This document shows positions 25,236 through 41,103 of a stretch of 64,000 nucleotides of DNA, piece by piece. The DNA comes from the human T2T-CHM13v2.0 reference genome, Homo sapiens. The number at the start of each line of letters is the position of its first letter. Positions within the stretch are counted from its first letter, which is position 1. The DNA is taken from NCBI RefSeq assembly GCF_009914755.1, contig NC_060928.1, one strand, 5' to 3'. Below the pieces are notes generated by a model, which saw nothing but the letters and a program-made list of their open reading frames with translations, made no database searches and was not told the DNA's origin. The translations under genes and the position numbers were made by a program.

Positions 25236-26749
25236 GCAAAGGGGAAATAATTCTCTTTTTAAATTATGAATGTGATCTTGCCTTTGCTTACCAAAAATAA
25301 ATCTTGGCTCTTTTCTGGAATCATCCACCTGCCGACAGGATTACTTCCAGTAGGATTGTGCTGAGAAAGTCCTAGGAAATATTTAGCTTTTAAAATTCAA
25401 AGGACAAGCTTTGGCCCTCAGAAAGGATTATCTAAATTCCTGTATCTCCTCCTTCAGCTTATATAGGATCAGGCTTTGTGGAAGAGACAAGAGTTTTATG
25501 TATGTAAGGGAAGTCCAGACATAACAGAAAGAGGAGAAAGCCTGCATTTTTCTGCCCTTGGGAAACTATGGAAAGAGAAAGGGAAAAAAATCCCCCCTTT
25601 CCTGTGTTTGTGGCTCCTCACAGTCTTCCCTGGGGTGGACTGTAGCATAGTAATATTGAGGGTGCAGCATAACTGGGCAGCAAGAGGCCCTGAGCTATAA
25701 TTATCATGAATCCTTTTGGCTTCTACATTGTGAAAACAGAATCTATAACCCTGAATGTCCAGCTACGGAGCTGATCAGAGGGGATTCCCTTAGTAGTGAG
25801 CAGGTAGGTTTGTAGTGAATTCTCCAGAGCAAATCTTGCCTAGAATCGCAAGAGACCGTAGTCAAACCCTGAAGGACTCTAGTGCTAGCATAACCAATCG
25901 GAATCTGAGTCAATGAAGGAGGCTTTGGGCCCTGTCCCAGCCCGGAGAGACAAATGATGGGCTTCCCTAGCCATAGACTTTGACCATGAGTATCAGCCAA
26001 ACAGCAACCAAGTAGATATCCTGCCTTAGAGCACTGACATTGGCCCCATCTTGGTAAGGAACATATTTAGAAGAGATGCTAAATGATAATCTGAGCATTT
26101 TTGTTTAAGAGAGACTGAAATTTTCATAAAGCAAAGATTCTCATACTTTGCTGTTTGTCAGATCCACCTGGGTTGTTAAGAAAGCTCAGAGAGAACCAGG
26201 CTCCTTAAAAGGTGTGGCCTGAGTCTTAATGCATGTATCAACTTCCACTCCAAAATCTGAGAACCACTGCCCTAGAGGGACTGCTTAAAGTATTTGATTA
26301 GATCAACTTTAAACCGAATGAGACTTTTCATTTCTCCTCCCTACCCGCTAACTAGTAGGTGAAAGTTACAAAGAGATGAGATAAGCTACAGACACTACTT
26401 TTAAATTTTTTATGCACAAGCTGTATGTTGAGTTAAATTTTGTAATACCTTCTGTTTTTAATTATTTACTGTTATTGTCATGCAATTAGAATATGTGTTT
26501 TATGATGAAAGTGTATATTGTTTATTGCTGAACACCAGTGCTGGAATTGTGCCTGGCACAGAGTAGTCACACAAATGTTAGTTGAGGGAATCTATCAGTC
26601 AAGTAATTAATTAATTAATATGTATCCATTCGGCACAGAGAATTTATTGTCAGGAGATACTCTGCCTGGTGGTGAGGGAAAAGGTGAGGGAACAAGGCAC
26701 AGGAAGTCTGGTAGAAGTAGAACTAAACATTTTTTTGAAACAGCCAAAA

Positions 26750-27983
<1,234 letters not shown>

Positions 27984-27986
27984 GAG

Positions 27987-30226
27987 AATTCCCACATGTT
28001 GTCGGAGGGACTCGGTGGGAGGCAATTGAATCATGGGGGCAGGTTTTTCCTATGCTGTTTTCAAGATAGTGAATAAGGCTCAGCAGATCTGATGTCTTTA
28101 TAAGGTGGAGTTTCCCTGAACAAGCTTTCTCTTTTCCTGCTGCCATCCATATAAGATGTGACTTGCTCCTCCTTGTTTTCTACCACGATTGTGAGACCTC
28201 CCCAGCCACATGGAACTGTAAGTACATTAAATGCTTTTTTCCTGTATACATTACCCAGTCTTGGGTATGTCTTTAACAGCAGCATGAAAACAGACTAAAT
28301 ACATTAAATTGGTAACAGTAGAGTGTGGCACTGCTGAAAAGATACCCAAAAGTGACTTTGGAACTGGGTAACAGGCAGAGGTTGGAACAGTTTGGAGGGC
28401 TCAGAAGAAGACAGGAAAATGTGGGAAAGTATGGAACTTCCTAGAGACATGTTGAATGGCTTTGCCCAAAATGCTAACAGCAATATGGACAATAAAGTCC
28501 TGGCTGAGGTGGTTTCAGATGGACATGAGGAACTTGTTGGGAACTGGAGCAAAGGTGACTCTTGTTATGTTTTAGCAGAGACTGGCAGCATTTTGACCCT
28601 GCTCTAGAGATTTGTGGAACTTTGAACTAGAGAGAGATAATTTAGGGTATCTTGTGAAAAAAAATTTCAAAGCAGCAAAGCATTCAAGAGGAGATGTGGG
28701 TGCTGTTAAAGGCATTCAGTTTTAAAAGGGAAACAGAGCATAAAAGTTTGGAAAATTTGCAGCCTGACAAAGTGATAGAAAAGAAAATTCTATTTTCTGA
28801 GAAAAAAATTCAAGTGGCTGTAGAAATTTACATAAGTAACGAGGAACTGAATGTTAACCCCCAAGACAATGGGGAAAATGTCTCCAGGGCATGTCAGAGG
28901 TCTTCACGGCAGGCCCTCCCATCACAGGCCTGGAGGCCGAGGAAGAAAAGATGGTTTCATGGGCTTGGTGCAGGGTTCCCATGCTGTGTGCAGTCTAGGG
29001 ACTTGGTGCCTTGCATCCTAGCCACTCCAGCAGTGACTAATAGGGGCCAAGGTACAGCCCAGGCCATGGCTTAAGAGGGTGCAAGGCTCAAGCCTTGGCA
29101 GCTTCCACATGGTGTTCAGCCTGCAAGTGCACAGAAGTCAAGAATTGAGGTTCGGGAACCTCCACCTAGATTTCTGAGGATATATAGGAACGCCTGGGTG
29201 TCCAGGCAGAAGTTTGCTGCAGGGGCGGGGCTCTCATGGAGAACCTCTGCTAGGGCAGTGCAGAAGGCAAACGTGGGGTCAGAGCCTCCACACAGAGTCC
29301 CTACTGGGGCACCACCTAGTGGAGCTATGAGAAGAGGGCCACCATCCTCCAGACCCCAGAATGGCAGATCCAAGATCCACTGACAGCTTGCACCATGTGT
29401 CTGGAAAAGCTGCAGACACTCAACACCAGCCCATGAAGACAGCTGGGAGGGAAGCTGTGCCCTGCAAAGCCACAGGGGTAGAGCTACTGAAGATCATGGG
29501 AACCCACCTCTTGCATCAGCGTGACTTGGATGTGAAACATAGAATCAAAGGAGATCATTTTGGAGCTTTAAGATTTGACTGCCCTGCTGGATTTCAGACT
29601 TCCATGGGGCCTATAGCCCCTTTGTTTTGGTTAATTTTCCCATTTGAAATGGCTATATTTACCCAATGCTTGTACCCCCATTGTATCTGGGAAGTAACTA
29701 ATTTGCTTTTAATTTTACAAGCTCACAGGCAGAAGGGACTTGCCTTGTCTCAGATGAGACATTGGAGTGTGGATTATTGAGTTAATGCTGAAATAAGATT
29801 TTGGGGGACTGTTGGGAAGGCATGATTGGTTTTGAAATGTGAGGACATGAGACTTGGGAGGGGCCAGGGGTGGAATCATATGGTTTGGCTCTGTCCCCAC
29901 CCAAATCTCATCTTGACTCCCACATGTGGTAAGGTCCTGGTGGGAGGCAGTTGAATCATGGGGGCAGGTCTTTTCCGTGATGTTCTCATGATAGTGAATA
30001 AGTCTCATGAGATCTGATGGCTTTATAAGGTGGAGTTTCCCTGCACAAGCTCTCTCTTTGCCTGCTGCCATCCATGTAAGACATGACTTACTCCTCCTTG
30101 CCTTCTGCCATGATTGTGAGGCCTCCCCAGCCACGTGGAACTATAGGTCCATTAAATGCTTTTTCCTGTTTAAATTACCCAGTCTTGGGTATGTCTTTGT
30201 CAGCAGCATGAAAAAGGACTAATACA
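27987..30226 (+). mobile_element. THE1B-type MaLR provirus: truncated 5' LTR (27987-28303), internal region (28304-29875), 3' LTR (29876-30226)
   Basis: Two LTRs ending in aataca share private variants (tttataaggtggagtttccctg; attaaatgcttttt). Polypurine tract gggaggggccaggggtggaa precedes the 3' LTR. THE1-int motifs such as gaactgggtaacaggcagaggttggaacagtttggagggctcagaagaagacagg are present. Confidence 0.93.
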
Positions 30227-30840
30227 GAGCACCACCAGGAAGTCTGTAAAAGTTTAACTCAAAGATTCAAGTGAATAAAGGTGCTGAAAGCTGTTGAGGC
30301 CTGAGAAAGGCTATGCCAGTCTGCTGCCAATAAAACTGATGTGATGTAGTAAAATTTATAAACGTTCAACAGTCCCCCCTTTTTTAAAAATAATCTTTCT
30401 GATATCTAGCCTACATTTGATTCAAATTTCTTTTTCTAAATGAAGTTTTTTCTTATTATAAAATATAATTTCAATGTATAGAACAAAGAAAATATAGATA
30501 AAAGAAAAAGTATACATGATTATACCACCTGGAGATCGTTACTGTTAACACAGTTATATAATAAATATAAGCATTTTTTAGAACTATAATTTTATCCTGC
30601 TGTGTCCTCAACACCTAGAACAATGCCTGGAACATAAGTGCTCAAATTCATAATTGTTGAGTGAATCAGTTAAGACATGTATGTAATAATTTTCTTTGCA
30701 TTCACCACCCATTTGAATAAGAGGTCTCCCTTACTCTCATTAATCCTTATGAGCCCTCAAAGAGAAAAGGCACACTTTAATATTTTGACTATCTTTCCCA
30801 AAAGCAAAACCGAGCACAAGACCTTAAGAGAGGCTGACTA

Positions 30841-31231
<391 letters not shown>

Positions 31232-32254
31232 TTAGCAATCTGAGGATCCTCCTGAATTTTAAGCAGCAGGATTGGGTGGTTGGCTCATATCAGCTTGTGT
31301 TCCAGTGTGACTCCTAGCTTGCTTTCATCTGCCTGAAGAGTAAGCCCCATTTGTTCTATTATCACATCATCTTCTGCTTCTTCCCCCAAAATGCATGTCT
31401 ATTTGTGTTTCCCTTACTGAGGAAGTTTATACTTATCAAAACAAATTTCATGTTACTTTTCATTGTACCACTTTTAATTTAGCAACCAACAATTAAATAA
31501 ACAAAAATATCCTGGTTTTATGTCTTTCAGAATTGAAAATGCTCCAGCTCTAATTCAGTTTATAGCTTGCTTGTAAATCACTTGAGACAAATTGTTATCA
31601 CTGATTTTGATTGAGTCACGTGTCCCATGCCCTAAATATATTTCAAAGATTATTGGGTAGAAAGAGGTAAAGCAAATCTCATTACTAAATCAAACTGAAT
31701 AAATTACATAATAATAATAATACATAATATGTTTTACTAGTTTTAAAACTGAGTGACTTTGTACTGTGTCAATTTAGCTAAGCCAGAAATATGTTTCCCA
31801 GAATTCCCTTTTCAGTATGGTTCTGAGTTAGGCCTTTTCACAAGAGAAATTTACATAAGATCTGAAAGGCAGACATGAGAAGCAGCTATATTTGCACTCC
31901 AGGGGACAGTATAAGTCCAAGTACTGCTGCAGCTCATACACATTGTCTCATCTGTTGACTCACCTTGTTGGTACAGAGCACAGCCAGGCCTATGGTCTTT
32001 CCAGTTCCAGCTAGACTGTTCCTTCAGCATCTTCAAATCCTAAAGCAGGAATATTTTAAAGGTATCAGCTTATCCTGTAGGTCACCTAAATGACCAAGGC
32101 TGGCAACCAGGAAAGACAGATGCAAGTTCCAGTTTGTCCTCATGTGTTCCAGTTTGTCACTACAAATTTGTTTTTTCCTCAAGGATTCAACTTTTTTCTC
32201 TTCTGTCCATTTTATCCTTCTTCCTCCATTTTATGTCAATCTTCCCTTCCCAAA

Positions 32255-32780
32255 TTAGTAGTTTAAAACAATGCACAATTATTATCTCACACATTCTGTG
32301 GACCAGGAACTCCAGAATCATTTGTCTGAGTCCTCTGGTGCATGGGCTGTCACTAGGCTGCAAAATATTGGCTGGGGCAGCAGTTCCATCTAAAGGCTCA
32401 ACTCAGTGGAGGATCTGCTCTAAGTTCAGGCATGTGATTGTTGACTGGAGTTGGCTCATCATAGGTTGCTGGACTGAGGGCCTCATTTGCTCACTGACTG
32501 TTAGCCAGAGCCTCCCTCAGTTATTTGCCACGTTTACTCAAATTGCAGCAGCTGGCTTCCATCAGAGCAAGCAAATGAGAGGGAGAGAGGCTCAGGAGAA
32601 TATACGCGGAGTCCCCTTGTAACCCAATCTCAGAAGTGACATCCCTTCACTTTGTTTATATTCTGTTTGTTAGAAGGAAGTCACTAGGTTCAGCCAGTAC
32701 TGGAGAGGAGGGGATTATAAAAGGCCATGACTACCACAAGCAGGGATTGCTGGAAGCTATCTTTGAAGGTGCCCACCACA
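32255..32780 (-). mobile_element. MLT1 (MaLR) LTR
   Basis: tttaaaacaa...attattatctcac...ggaggatctgctctaag...gaagtgacatcccttcacttt...cccaccaca reads as antisense MLT1. Confidence 0.7.
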
Positions 32781-32949
32781 CCCCTTCAAACAATCCTCTG
32801 AGGCATCTTGCATGTGTTGTACAGAACTTCTCTCATAAAAAGTAAAACTTCTAAGAATCTTAAGTGCATTTTCTCAGAGCATCTTTAGAGGAAAGATTTG
32901 TGACTGGCTATTGTCTAGTGGACTGGATTATGAATTCGTATTTGAAAAA

Positions 32950-34118
32950 TCATGAAGTTTTTAAAAGAAATGTATCAGCTTGAAATAAAGAGGCAGAAAC
33001 AAGCTGAAAAGAGGCATTTCTACCATCAAATTTTCACCGGCATCAAAGTGGCTAAGATGCCTACTCAGTTGAAAAATCAGCTATATCTTATGGAAGAGGA
33101 AGGATGGCTCAGAAGGCAGAACCAAGATTCTAAATGGTGCCACCATGAGCTATGAAGAATGACTCACAGGGAGTAGGAGTGAGTCCTAAGCCAAGAAAAG
33201 CTCACGTGTCTGGCCAAATTTCAGGATTACCATAGACTAGTTATTACTTTGTGCCTTCCATTCTCTCCTCCTAATCCAAGTATCTGGTGTGGTCGGCCTT
33301 TGCTTTTTACCTCTCAATGTGTGACTGTCCAGGCAGATTACTTATTTACTTATTTCACAGGATTTTAGACTTAAAATAATGTATGGAAGGAATTATACCT
33401 GAAGAGTGTCTTCTACACTTAAATTGGATTTAGATGACATGACCCAGGACCATGAGCCAGAGCCTGATAATATTTTTAGGGAGGCTCTTGGGAAGGAATA
33501 AATTTGTTTTTCATATGGGAGTAATATAAGTAATGTGTGGCCAGAAAGTGAATTGCGGCAGTTTTAAAATTTGTCCACAAATTCTTTAAAATTCTCTTCA
33601 TTAGGAAGTTAAGTCTATGTTCTCTCCCCTCAAATCTGGGTGGGCTTTTGTTTCCACCAGCAGAGTGTGGGAGAAGTGATGTTATTTGACTTCCAAAGCT
33701 AATTCATAAAGGATAGTATAGCTTCTGCTTTGTTAGCTAGAATAATCACTGTAGGAGCCCCGTGCTGCCACAAGAGAAGTCTGACTAGTTTAAGGATGCC
33801 ATTATGTGAGGAATCCAAGCTATGGAAAAGGTATGTGTAGGCAACCTGGTCCTAAGTCCTGTCTTTGAGAAGTCCCAGCCAGGTAGCAGATATGTGAGTG
33901 AACAAGGCTTCAGGTAATTCTAGCTCCTAGCCACTGAGTCACCGTTAATCTTTGAGTCTTTCCACCTGGTTCCCCAGATATTGTGGTGCAGAGACAAGAC
34001 ATCCTTGTCATGTGTTGTCTGAATTCCTGACCCACGAAATCTAGGAGAGTAACAAAATGGTTGTTCTAAGCAACTAAGTTTTGGGGTAATTTGTTAACAG
34101 TTATAACAACTGGGACTA
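32950..34118 (+). mobile_element. MLT1 internal fragment plus LTR (LTR ~33554-34118)
   Basis: LTR features: tgtccacaaattcttt...gaattcctgacccac...aaaatggttgttctaagcaactaagttttggggtaatttgtta. Confidence 0.65.
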
Positions 34119-34169
34119 AGCCATGCAAAACCATCAGAGCTAAATTGTGAATAAAATGTATATTTAAAT

Positions 34170-34331
34170 TTGGGTGATGGATACACTGAAAACCAAATCA
34201 CCACCATTATGCAATATACCCAAGTAACAAACATGCATGTGTGCCCTGAATGTAGAATTTTTAAACATGAGAAAGATATAAAATAGTAATAATAATAATA
34301 ATAATCATCATCATCATCATCATCATCATCA
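34170..34331 (+). mobile_element. Short L1 3' end followed by an (AAT)n(CAT)n microsatellite
   Basis: gggtgatggatacactgaaaaccaaatcaccaccattatgcaatatacccaagtaacaaac; trinucleotide runs at ~34287-34331. Confidence 0.7.
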
Positions 34332-36444
34332 TATTGGAACCCTCAGGTAATTTAAAAATAAAATAAAATGAGCATCTCTTTGTAAAAAAAATGCATATTT
34401 AAGGCCAATAAATAAAAAAATTTTGAATAAAGTCAACTATCTGTGTATTTATAATTATTTTAGTATCTTGTGTGAATGACTTAATAGATATAAATACTCC
34501 TAGTACAATGCCTAGCAATAAAGAACAAGGATTTGTTATTGTGCCCAAAGAAATATAGATATATACTTATTTTCAAATGTTTATTACGAATGACCTACTA
34601 GTAATAATATTCTGGCGCAAGATTTCAAAGCTTTAAATGTATATCTCCAAGTTCCAGAAGAGTAAAGCTGAGGTTTAATGTTCAAGGTTACACAAATCTG
34701 GGCAGAGCTGGAATTCAAGCCCAGGTTTTTTTTTTTTCTTGTTCTTCTCTAAATCTCTTACTTTTCACTACTACACTGTCTTTTCTTCAGATGTGTTTAT
34801 ATTTAAAGAAGGCATTAAGAACCTATAATTATGAAAAGTTGGTCCCACTTGGAAGAAGCTCAAGGATGAAAAATTAAGTTTACATCCTAACTAGAGAGAT
34901 TGGGAATGATTTAATGATTAGGAAAATGATAGGTATGCATATATGAGGGTAATTTTCCATATTTCCCTGTATGTGTGTATCTTTAATTCATAAAAATTAA
35001 AATTTAGGTTAACTTAACGAAGCACTTCACTTTAGTGAAGGTTAACCCTTCATCTCATACACCGAAGTTTTTGGTCAATCATTTTTACTTCATGATTTAA
35101 AAGAAAAAAAAGACAGATACTGGATTTGATAAGTACAATTCTGCATACAGATACCAATGATACATAAGATTCAGGACTAAATGGTTATTAAGGCCCCTTT
35201 AATTTTAATAGAGACAGTAACAGTAGCTCCCGTCTATGCAGCAATGGTTATTTCACAGATACCGGGCAAAAGACTCTCTACATAACTTAATCCCTGAAAC
35301 AAACCTCTAAGTAAATATTACTTTACTCTGCCTTTTTCTATGAATGAGAAAGCTAGTACTCAAAAAAGCTAAATCACTTTCCCAGAGTCACTCAGTTAGG
35401 AAATGGTGGAGTTGGGATTATTCAATGGTTCAGTCTCTCATTTCTTCATCTTTTAAAGTACTCTAAGGAAACAATAAAAAATCACATGGGAGGATAACAC
35501 ATTGACATGGTCAATCACAGGAAAAATAAACCTGTAGTACTCTAACTTGGTTATTTCTATATATGTAGGGTTTTAAAAATTACAACTATTGATCTGCTTT
35601 GAGAATATCATTCCTATTATAACTGTATAGTTCTAATATCCACCCAATACATAAATTTTCTATCTTTATAGGTTGGAAATTTAAAAATATATACATGGAA
35701 AAACATACAGTACAAACCAACCAAATTCAAATAAAAATCTTTAAAAACTCTTAGAAATTCTTTAAGCAGGTTATGTCAATCCTATTAAAAATGATTATTC
35801 TATGTACAATACATAATCTTTAAAAATACAGCTCCAGGAAACAAAAACTCTTTGGTTCAGCAAAAGGATTATAAATGTGGAAATCTAATTTGTTAAGGAT
35901 GCACCTTTCTGGATTGGGCTTCACTTATCTAGCTTAACTCATTAAGGAAGCATATAGCTGGCTTTTTTCTGGATGATGAAATTATGAGTGGGGACTGGGT
36001 AGAGGTTCCTTTTGACATAGAACATTAACATATGAAAATATAACCAGAAGCTTGAATAATCCCGGAACTTATACAGTATTTTTACTCTGCTAGATTTAAA
36101 AAATACAGAAAAGTCTCTGCTTCTCATTCATTTTGGAAGGAGGGTAAGGGAATGATCATGGTCAATACATACAACCATTCACCAGTGAAGTTCTTAGGTA
36201 CTAGGTCCCATGCTATTGAAACTATCCTACTTATTATTTGGGAGAGTGCAAGGAAGGGATAGGAGGGATGCTGTTGTCCCTTTTACTTCTGAAATCCTAT
36301 CACTTTTCTGGTGGCTTGCCTGTCTTAACAATCTAAATTTATAAACACATCCATGACTCAGATGTCTTTAAAAAGCGCTATTAACTCAGCAGTGACTACA
36401 GTGCATCAACATTTGTCAATGGGATTTATATTAAAAATTAACGA

Positions 36445-37400
36445 TGATTCTATACAATTTTGGTTTATTAATAGCAACTATCACAGAATTTTTCAAAATA
36501 CCTCAGATTTTCAAAGAGTCAGCAGTCTTACCTACTAGAATATATTTTCCTTTCTATTTACTGGGAGGCAAAAGCCTTCGCAATTTTGTTCCAGCACGTT
36601 TTCTACTCTGGTTGTGAAAATATTTTAGCATCATTTAACCACACATTGTAACTATCTTTAACAAGGACTTTCGAAAAGTCTCTAAGGTATCACTGATCAT
36701 AAAGGAGAGAAAATATTTCTTGCTTTACTTTTTTTTCTAAGTTCCCCAATAGAAAATAATTACCTGACTGGATTGATTGATTCAGTTACTTTAGGAAATG
36801 GTGCCACTGACTATTGCTCAATCTTGCCTCTCCCTGGACTCATGTCAGAGGCGTATTAATATATTTTCAGGTTAAAAGCAGGTGAAAGTCAGGAGGTTCT
36901 GTTGGCTACCATGGTTTCTGCAAACCACCATTTTAAGATACCACCATGCTTATATGAAGTTGCTGAGAGCTGGGGAGCTCTCCAAAATTCACCATTGTTT
37001 TTCCTTCTATTTGTATGACTTAGTTATTCAAGGGCAAGACCCTTTTTAAACGTTAGTAGTACTCAAACGAGAAGGATATGATTGGAATGGAACAATAGAT
37101 TGCAGAAAAAACTGCCACTTTAACAAAAATGGCTCTGATTGTGGAAAGGAAAATGGGGTAGCCTCTAGCAGTTGAGAAAAGCAAATAATGTAATACATCA
37201 ATAATTCACAGCATCTAAATAAGACACTATAACTCAGAACCATATCCACACCATTCTCCTCTTCCCATTGTGCAGGAATTTCTTTTCCCTAATGGTCTTC
37301 CAAAGATATTATAATACTCTGAAAAGAAAATAATGTGTTGGATTATTGATCCTTGAGGTCCTCTTCTGTAGAGTACAGGCAGTAATCAACTTTTCTTCTG
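36445..37400 (-). other. PRKG2: PRKG2 3' UTR to the proximal poly(A) signal (may extend to ~35065)
   Basis: Downstream of the TGA stop. Minus-strand AATAAA at 36464-36469. PUF-type motifs (35688-35695, 35801-35808) and an AGTAAA variant (35084-35089) suggest a longer isoform. Confidence 0.6.
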
Positions 37401-37496
37401 TCAGAAGTCTTTATCCCAGCCTGATAGCTCATCTGGAGGCATTCCCTTTTCAGGAGGATATTTGTCAAAGTAGCTGTGATCTATGGGTCCCTTGAG
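37401..37496 (-). CDS. PRKG2: PRKG2 terminal coding exon (AGC-kinase C-terminal tail)
   Basis: Acceptor AG at 37497-37498; reads LKGPIDHSYFDKYPPEKGMPPDELSGWDKDF-TGA (96 nt). Too short for the ORF track, so translated by hand. Confidence 0.98.
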   Translation of the reverse strand, partial: LKGPIDHSYFDKYPPEKGMPPDELSGWDKDF

Positions 37497-37749
37497 CTAA
37501 TATAGAAATAATTAAAACAAAAGGAAGAATAATGTTGACCAAGCATGCTATCACATATGGGTAATGTTTTTTATTTCAGAACACTGATTTCATACTGCAG
37601 CCACTTGGAAGTTACATACAAGAAAAAAATGACCAATTATCATTCTTGAGTCCTAGTCTCAGCCTCATGAGATCTTCTCTTTACAACCAAATAGATTTGG
37701 TCACCAGATAACATTCAATAGTAACTACCTGGCATGAAGAGTTTTCCTA

Positions 37750-38085
<336 letters not shown>

Positions 38086-38942
38086 TTATTTTTTTAATTG
38101 AAAACTCTTTTAAAATCAAAATCTGCTAGCGTTCTTCTTCCATTATATAAGTTTCTCACCAATCCTGAAATTTTTATGGTTAATTGATCCATATAAAGTA
38201 TTCAGAATGCCAAAAAAGGAACAATTCAAAATATTAGTGACCCTGTTGAGAGAGTGAAATTATGCTGGTATTAAATTATTTCACAAATAAAATGATTTCT
38301 AACTCTGCTTTCAAACAAATGTAAGTAATGCCTAACTGAATGATCAGCTGAAAAATCATTAAAAATATTATTTATGATAGATCATAATGTGGTGGAGGAA
38401 CAGAGCTAGAGATCATTCAGAAGGAGCTCAAAGTGACATCGCTGTAATAAAACCTTCCATTCCCACTTATATATGTGAGAACACAATTCTTAGAATTTGT
38501 ATCTGCATAACAATCATTTTAAAAAGGAATAGAATTGATGCTGAATCTGATCCCATTCTTCTAATAAATAATATCTATCCATAGATACATGAAATAATTT
38601 CTTCTCAAAAAATGTTTATTTAATAATTACCATTAGATATTCATAATATATTTATGCCATTTGACACTGCATGCCATAAAAATGTAATTATAACAGAATT
38701 CAGAAGAAATACTGGTGTTATCACAAATTTTAAATCTAAAATTCGAAGGCATTTAAAGAATGATCAAGAAAGATTGTCAAGCATAGAAGCATTTTACATT
38801 AGGATGAAATCTTATAGGGAACATAGAATGAAAATATGATGATATGATGAAAAGGAGTGATACAATATTTCTGCCCAAACTTTATAAGTGGCAGATAGGT
38901 ATTAAATCTCAATGGTATTTAGATTATAGTAGACATGTTTAA

Positions 38943-39275
<333 letters not shown>

Positions 39276-39502
39276 TAGTGTTTTATTTTAAAATGTCAAT
39301 ATTTACAACATACTGGAAATCATATTCTCCACAACTACACTTTGATGAAAAAAAGTCAGATAGCAATCTACCAATGTATAAGAGGAAATATAGATCTTTG
39401 CAATCTTTTGGAAAAAACACTAACATAAACTTAGTAGTATGTTGACCTAGATCATTCCTGAGTCATTCTTCCTCCCATGTTAGCTGAAGTTCTGCTGCCT
39501 CT

Positions 39503-39800
39503 AGAGCTGCACTATCCAATAACAAAACCATTAGCAACACGAAGTGACTGAGCACTTGAAATGTCGCTCTTCTGAACTGAGATGTGCTGTAACAGTAAAA
39601 TTCACTTGGGATTTAGAAAATTTATTATGGAAAAATAAACATAACCTATCTCACTAATATTTTATATTGATTACATATTGAAATAATATTTTGGAGGTAT
39701 TATGATAATTAAAATTATTTTCACCTTTTTTTTCACCTTTTTAAAATGGCTATTAGAAAATCTTAAGTTACATACATTGTTCACATCAAATTTATACAGT
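39503..39800 (+). mobile_element. MER33 (hAT-Charlie)
   Basis: gagcacttgaaatgt...gaactgagatgtgctgtaa...tttttatattgattacatattgaaataatattttgg. Confidence 0.75.
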
Positions 39801-40078
39801 CATTTGTCAGCCTGAACAACACTGACTACTTTGGGACTTAAGTGGCACTGACATGTATTTGGTTCTTGACAGGTAAGTTAATATCCATCAGCTAGGCAGT
39901 ACTATTTAGTCCCTATAATCACAATTATAAGACAAACTCACTTAAATTAAAATAAAAACTGCTTTAAAAAAAAACACCCAAAATCTGTTATGGGCATATA
40001 CATACACACATCTAAAATCTGTGTACAAAAACAAATCCCTGGGAAAAAAATAAAAAAGTAATATAATAAATACAATAC

Positions 40079-40145
40079 CTCTCTTTGCAAAGGTGATGGA
40101 AGGCTCCGTGCTTTCAGTCCCTCCCAATTAAAACCATTTAACCAC
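40079..40145 (-). CDS. PRKG2: PRKG2 penultimate coding exon
   Basis: ctcag|G TGG TTA...AGA GAG|gtatt; 67 nt encoding (R)WLNGFNWEGLKARSLPSPLQRE; phases match both neighbouring exons. Confidence 0.98.
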
Positions 40146-40160
40146 CTGAGAAATGAGAAA

Positions 40161-40208
40161 GGAAGGAAGGAAGGAAGGAAGGAAGGAAGGAAGGAAGGAA
40201 GGAAGGAA
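40161..40208. repeat. (GGAA)12 microsatellite abutting a PRKG2 splice acceptor
   Basis: Twelve perfect GGAA units beginning 14 nt from the acceptor dinucleotide at 40146-40147. Confidence 0.97.
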
Positions 40209-40269
40209 GGGAGAAAGAAAGAGACGACAAAAAGGAATATTACTTGGATGATAAACTATTAGCATGTCA

Positions 40270-41056
40270 AGTTATCTGTCATGGCTTTAAATAGCACTTA
40301 TATGCTAATTATTCCCAAATTTCTATTTCCAACCAAGACCCCTCCATCAGCTTACAGGCTAAGGTCTACAATTCTTATTCATCTTCTCACTATTAGATGT
40401 CTAATAGGCATCTGGCATGTATCATGTCTGAACAGAAGCTTAAAATGTTCTCCACCAACCTCATCTCAATTCTTCCAGTTGCTCAAACCAAAGCTCTTGT
40501 AGTTGTTCTTTGCCTTATATCCTATCTGAGTCCATGATCAAATCCTGTCAGTGCTAGCTTCACATTCTATCTATATTCAGTATCTGGCCAGTCTTCAATA
40601 CCTTCACTCTACTAGCAAGGAACCAGCCGTACTTTTGTGCTGGAGATAACTTAGCAGCAAGACTGGTCGTTTATAGCATAAGTCAGGTCACAACATGCCT
40701 CGGTTCAATACTTCCCCACCTTTTCCATCTTACTCAGTGTAAAAGGCAAAGTCTGTTCCATGTCTTTGCTGTAACCTATAAGGCTTTATAGAATCATTGT
40801 TTCTACCACCATCCTTCCATTACCTTACCACTGTATTACTTTTCTCTTTCTTTCTCCCTTAACTCATTTATCTTCTCACTATTCTCCTAACCAACTAGGG
40901 TTGTTCCCACTTTAAGGCCTTTGTACTCAAGGCTGGATTGTTCTTTCTCTAGATTTCCATGTCTTATTCTCTCAACACCTTCATGTCTTTTCTCAAAGTT
41001 CATCTCAGTGAGATCTTCCTTGGCCATCCAATCTAAAATTGAAACTCTCCCCCACC

Positions 41057-41103
<47 letters not shown>

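Noticed and set aside
24755-25300. 181-aa ORF
   Set aside because: Lies within a decayed L2, with no recognisable domain or splice context.
28392-30134. Cluster of 60-139 aa ORFs
   Set aside because: Broken reading frames of the THE1 internal region and LTR.
31760-32250. Possible additional ERVL-type LTR
   Set aside because: Only short motifs (tttcccagaattcccttt) resemble LTR consensus; I cannot assign a family or boundaries by eye.
32134-32622. 162-aa ORF
   Set aside because: Mostly overlaps an antisense MLT1 LTR, starts at a non-ATG codon and has no protein-like features.
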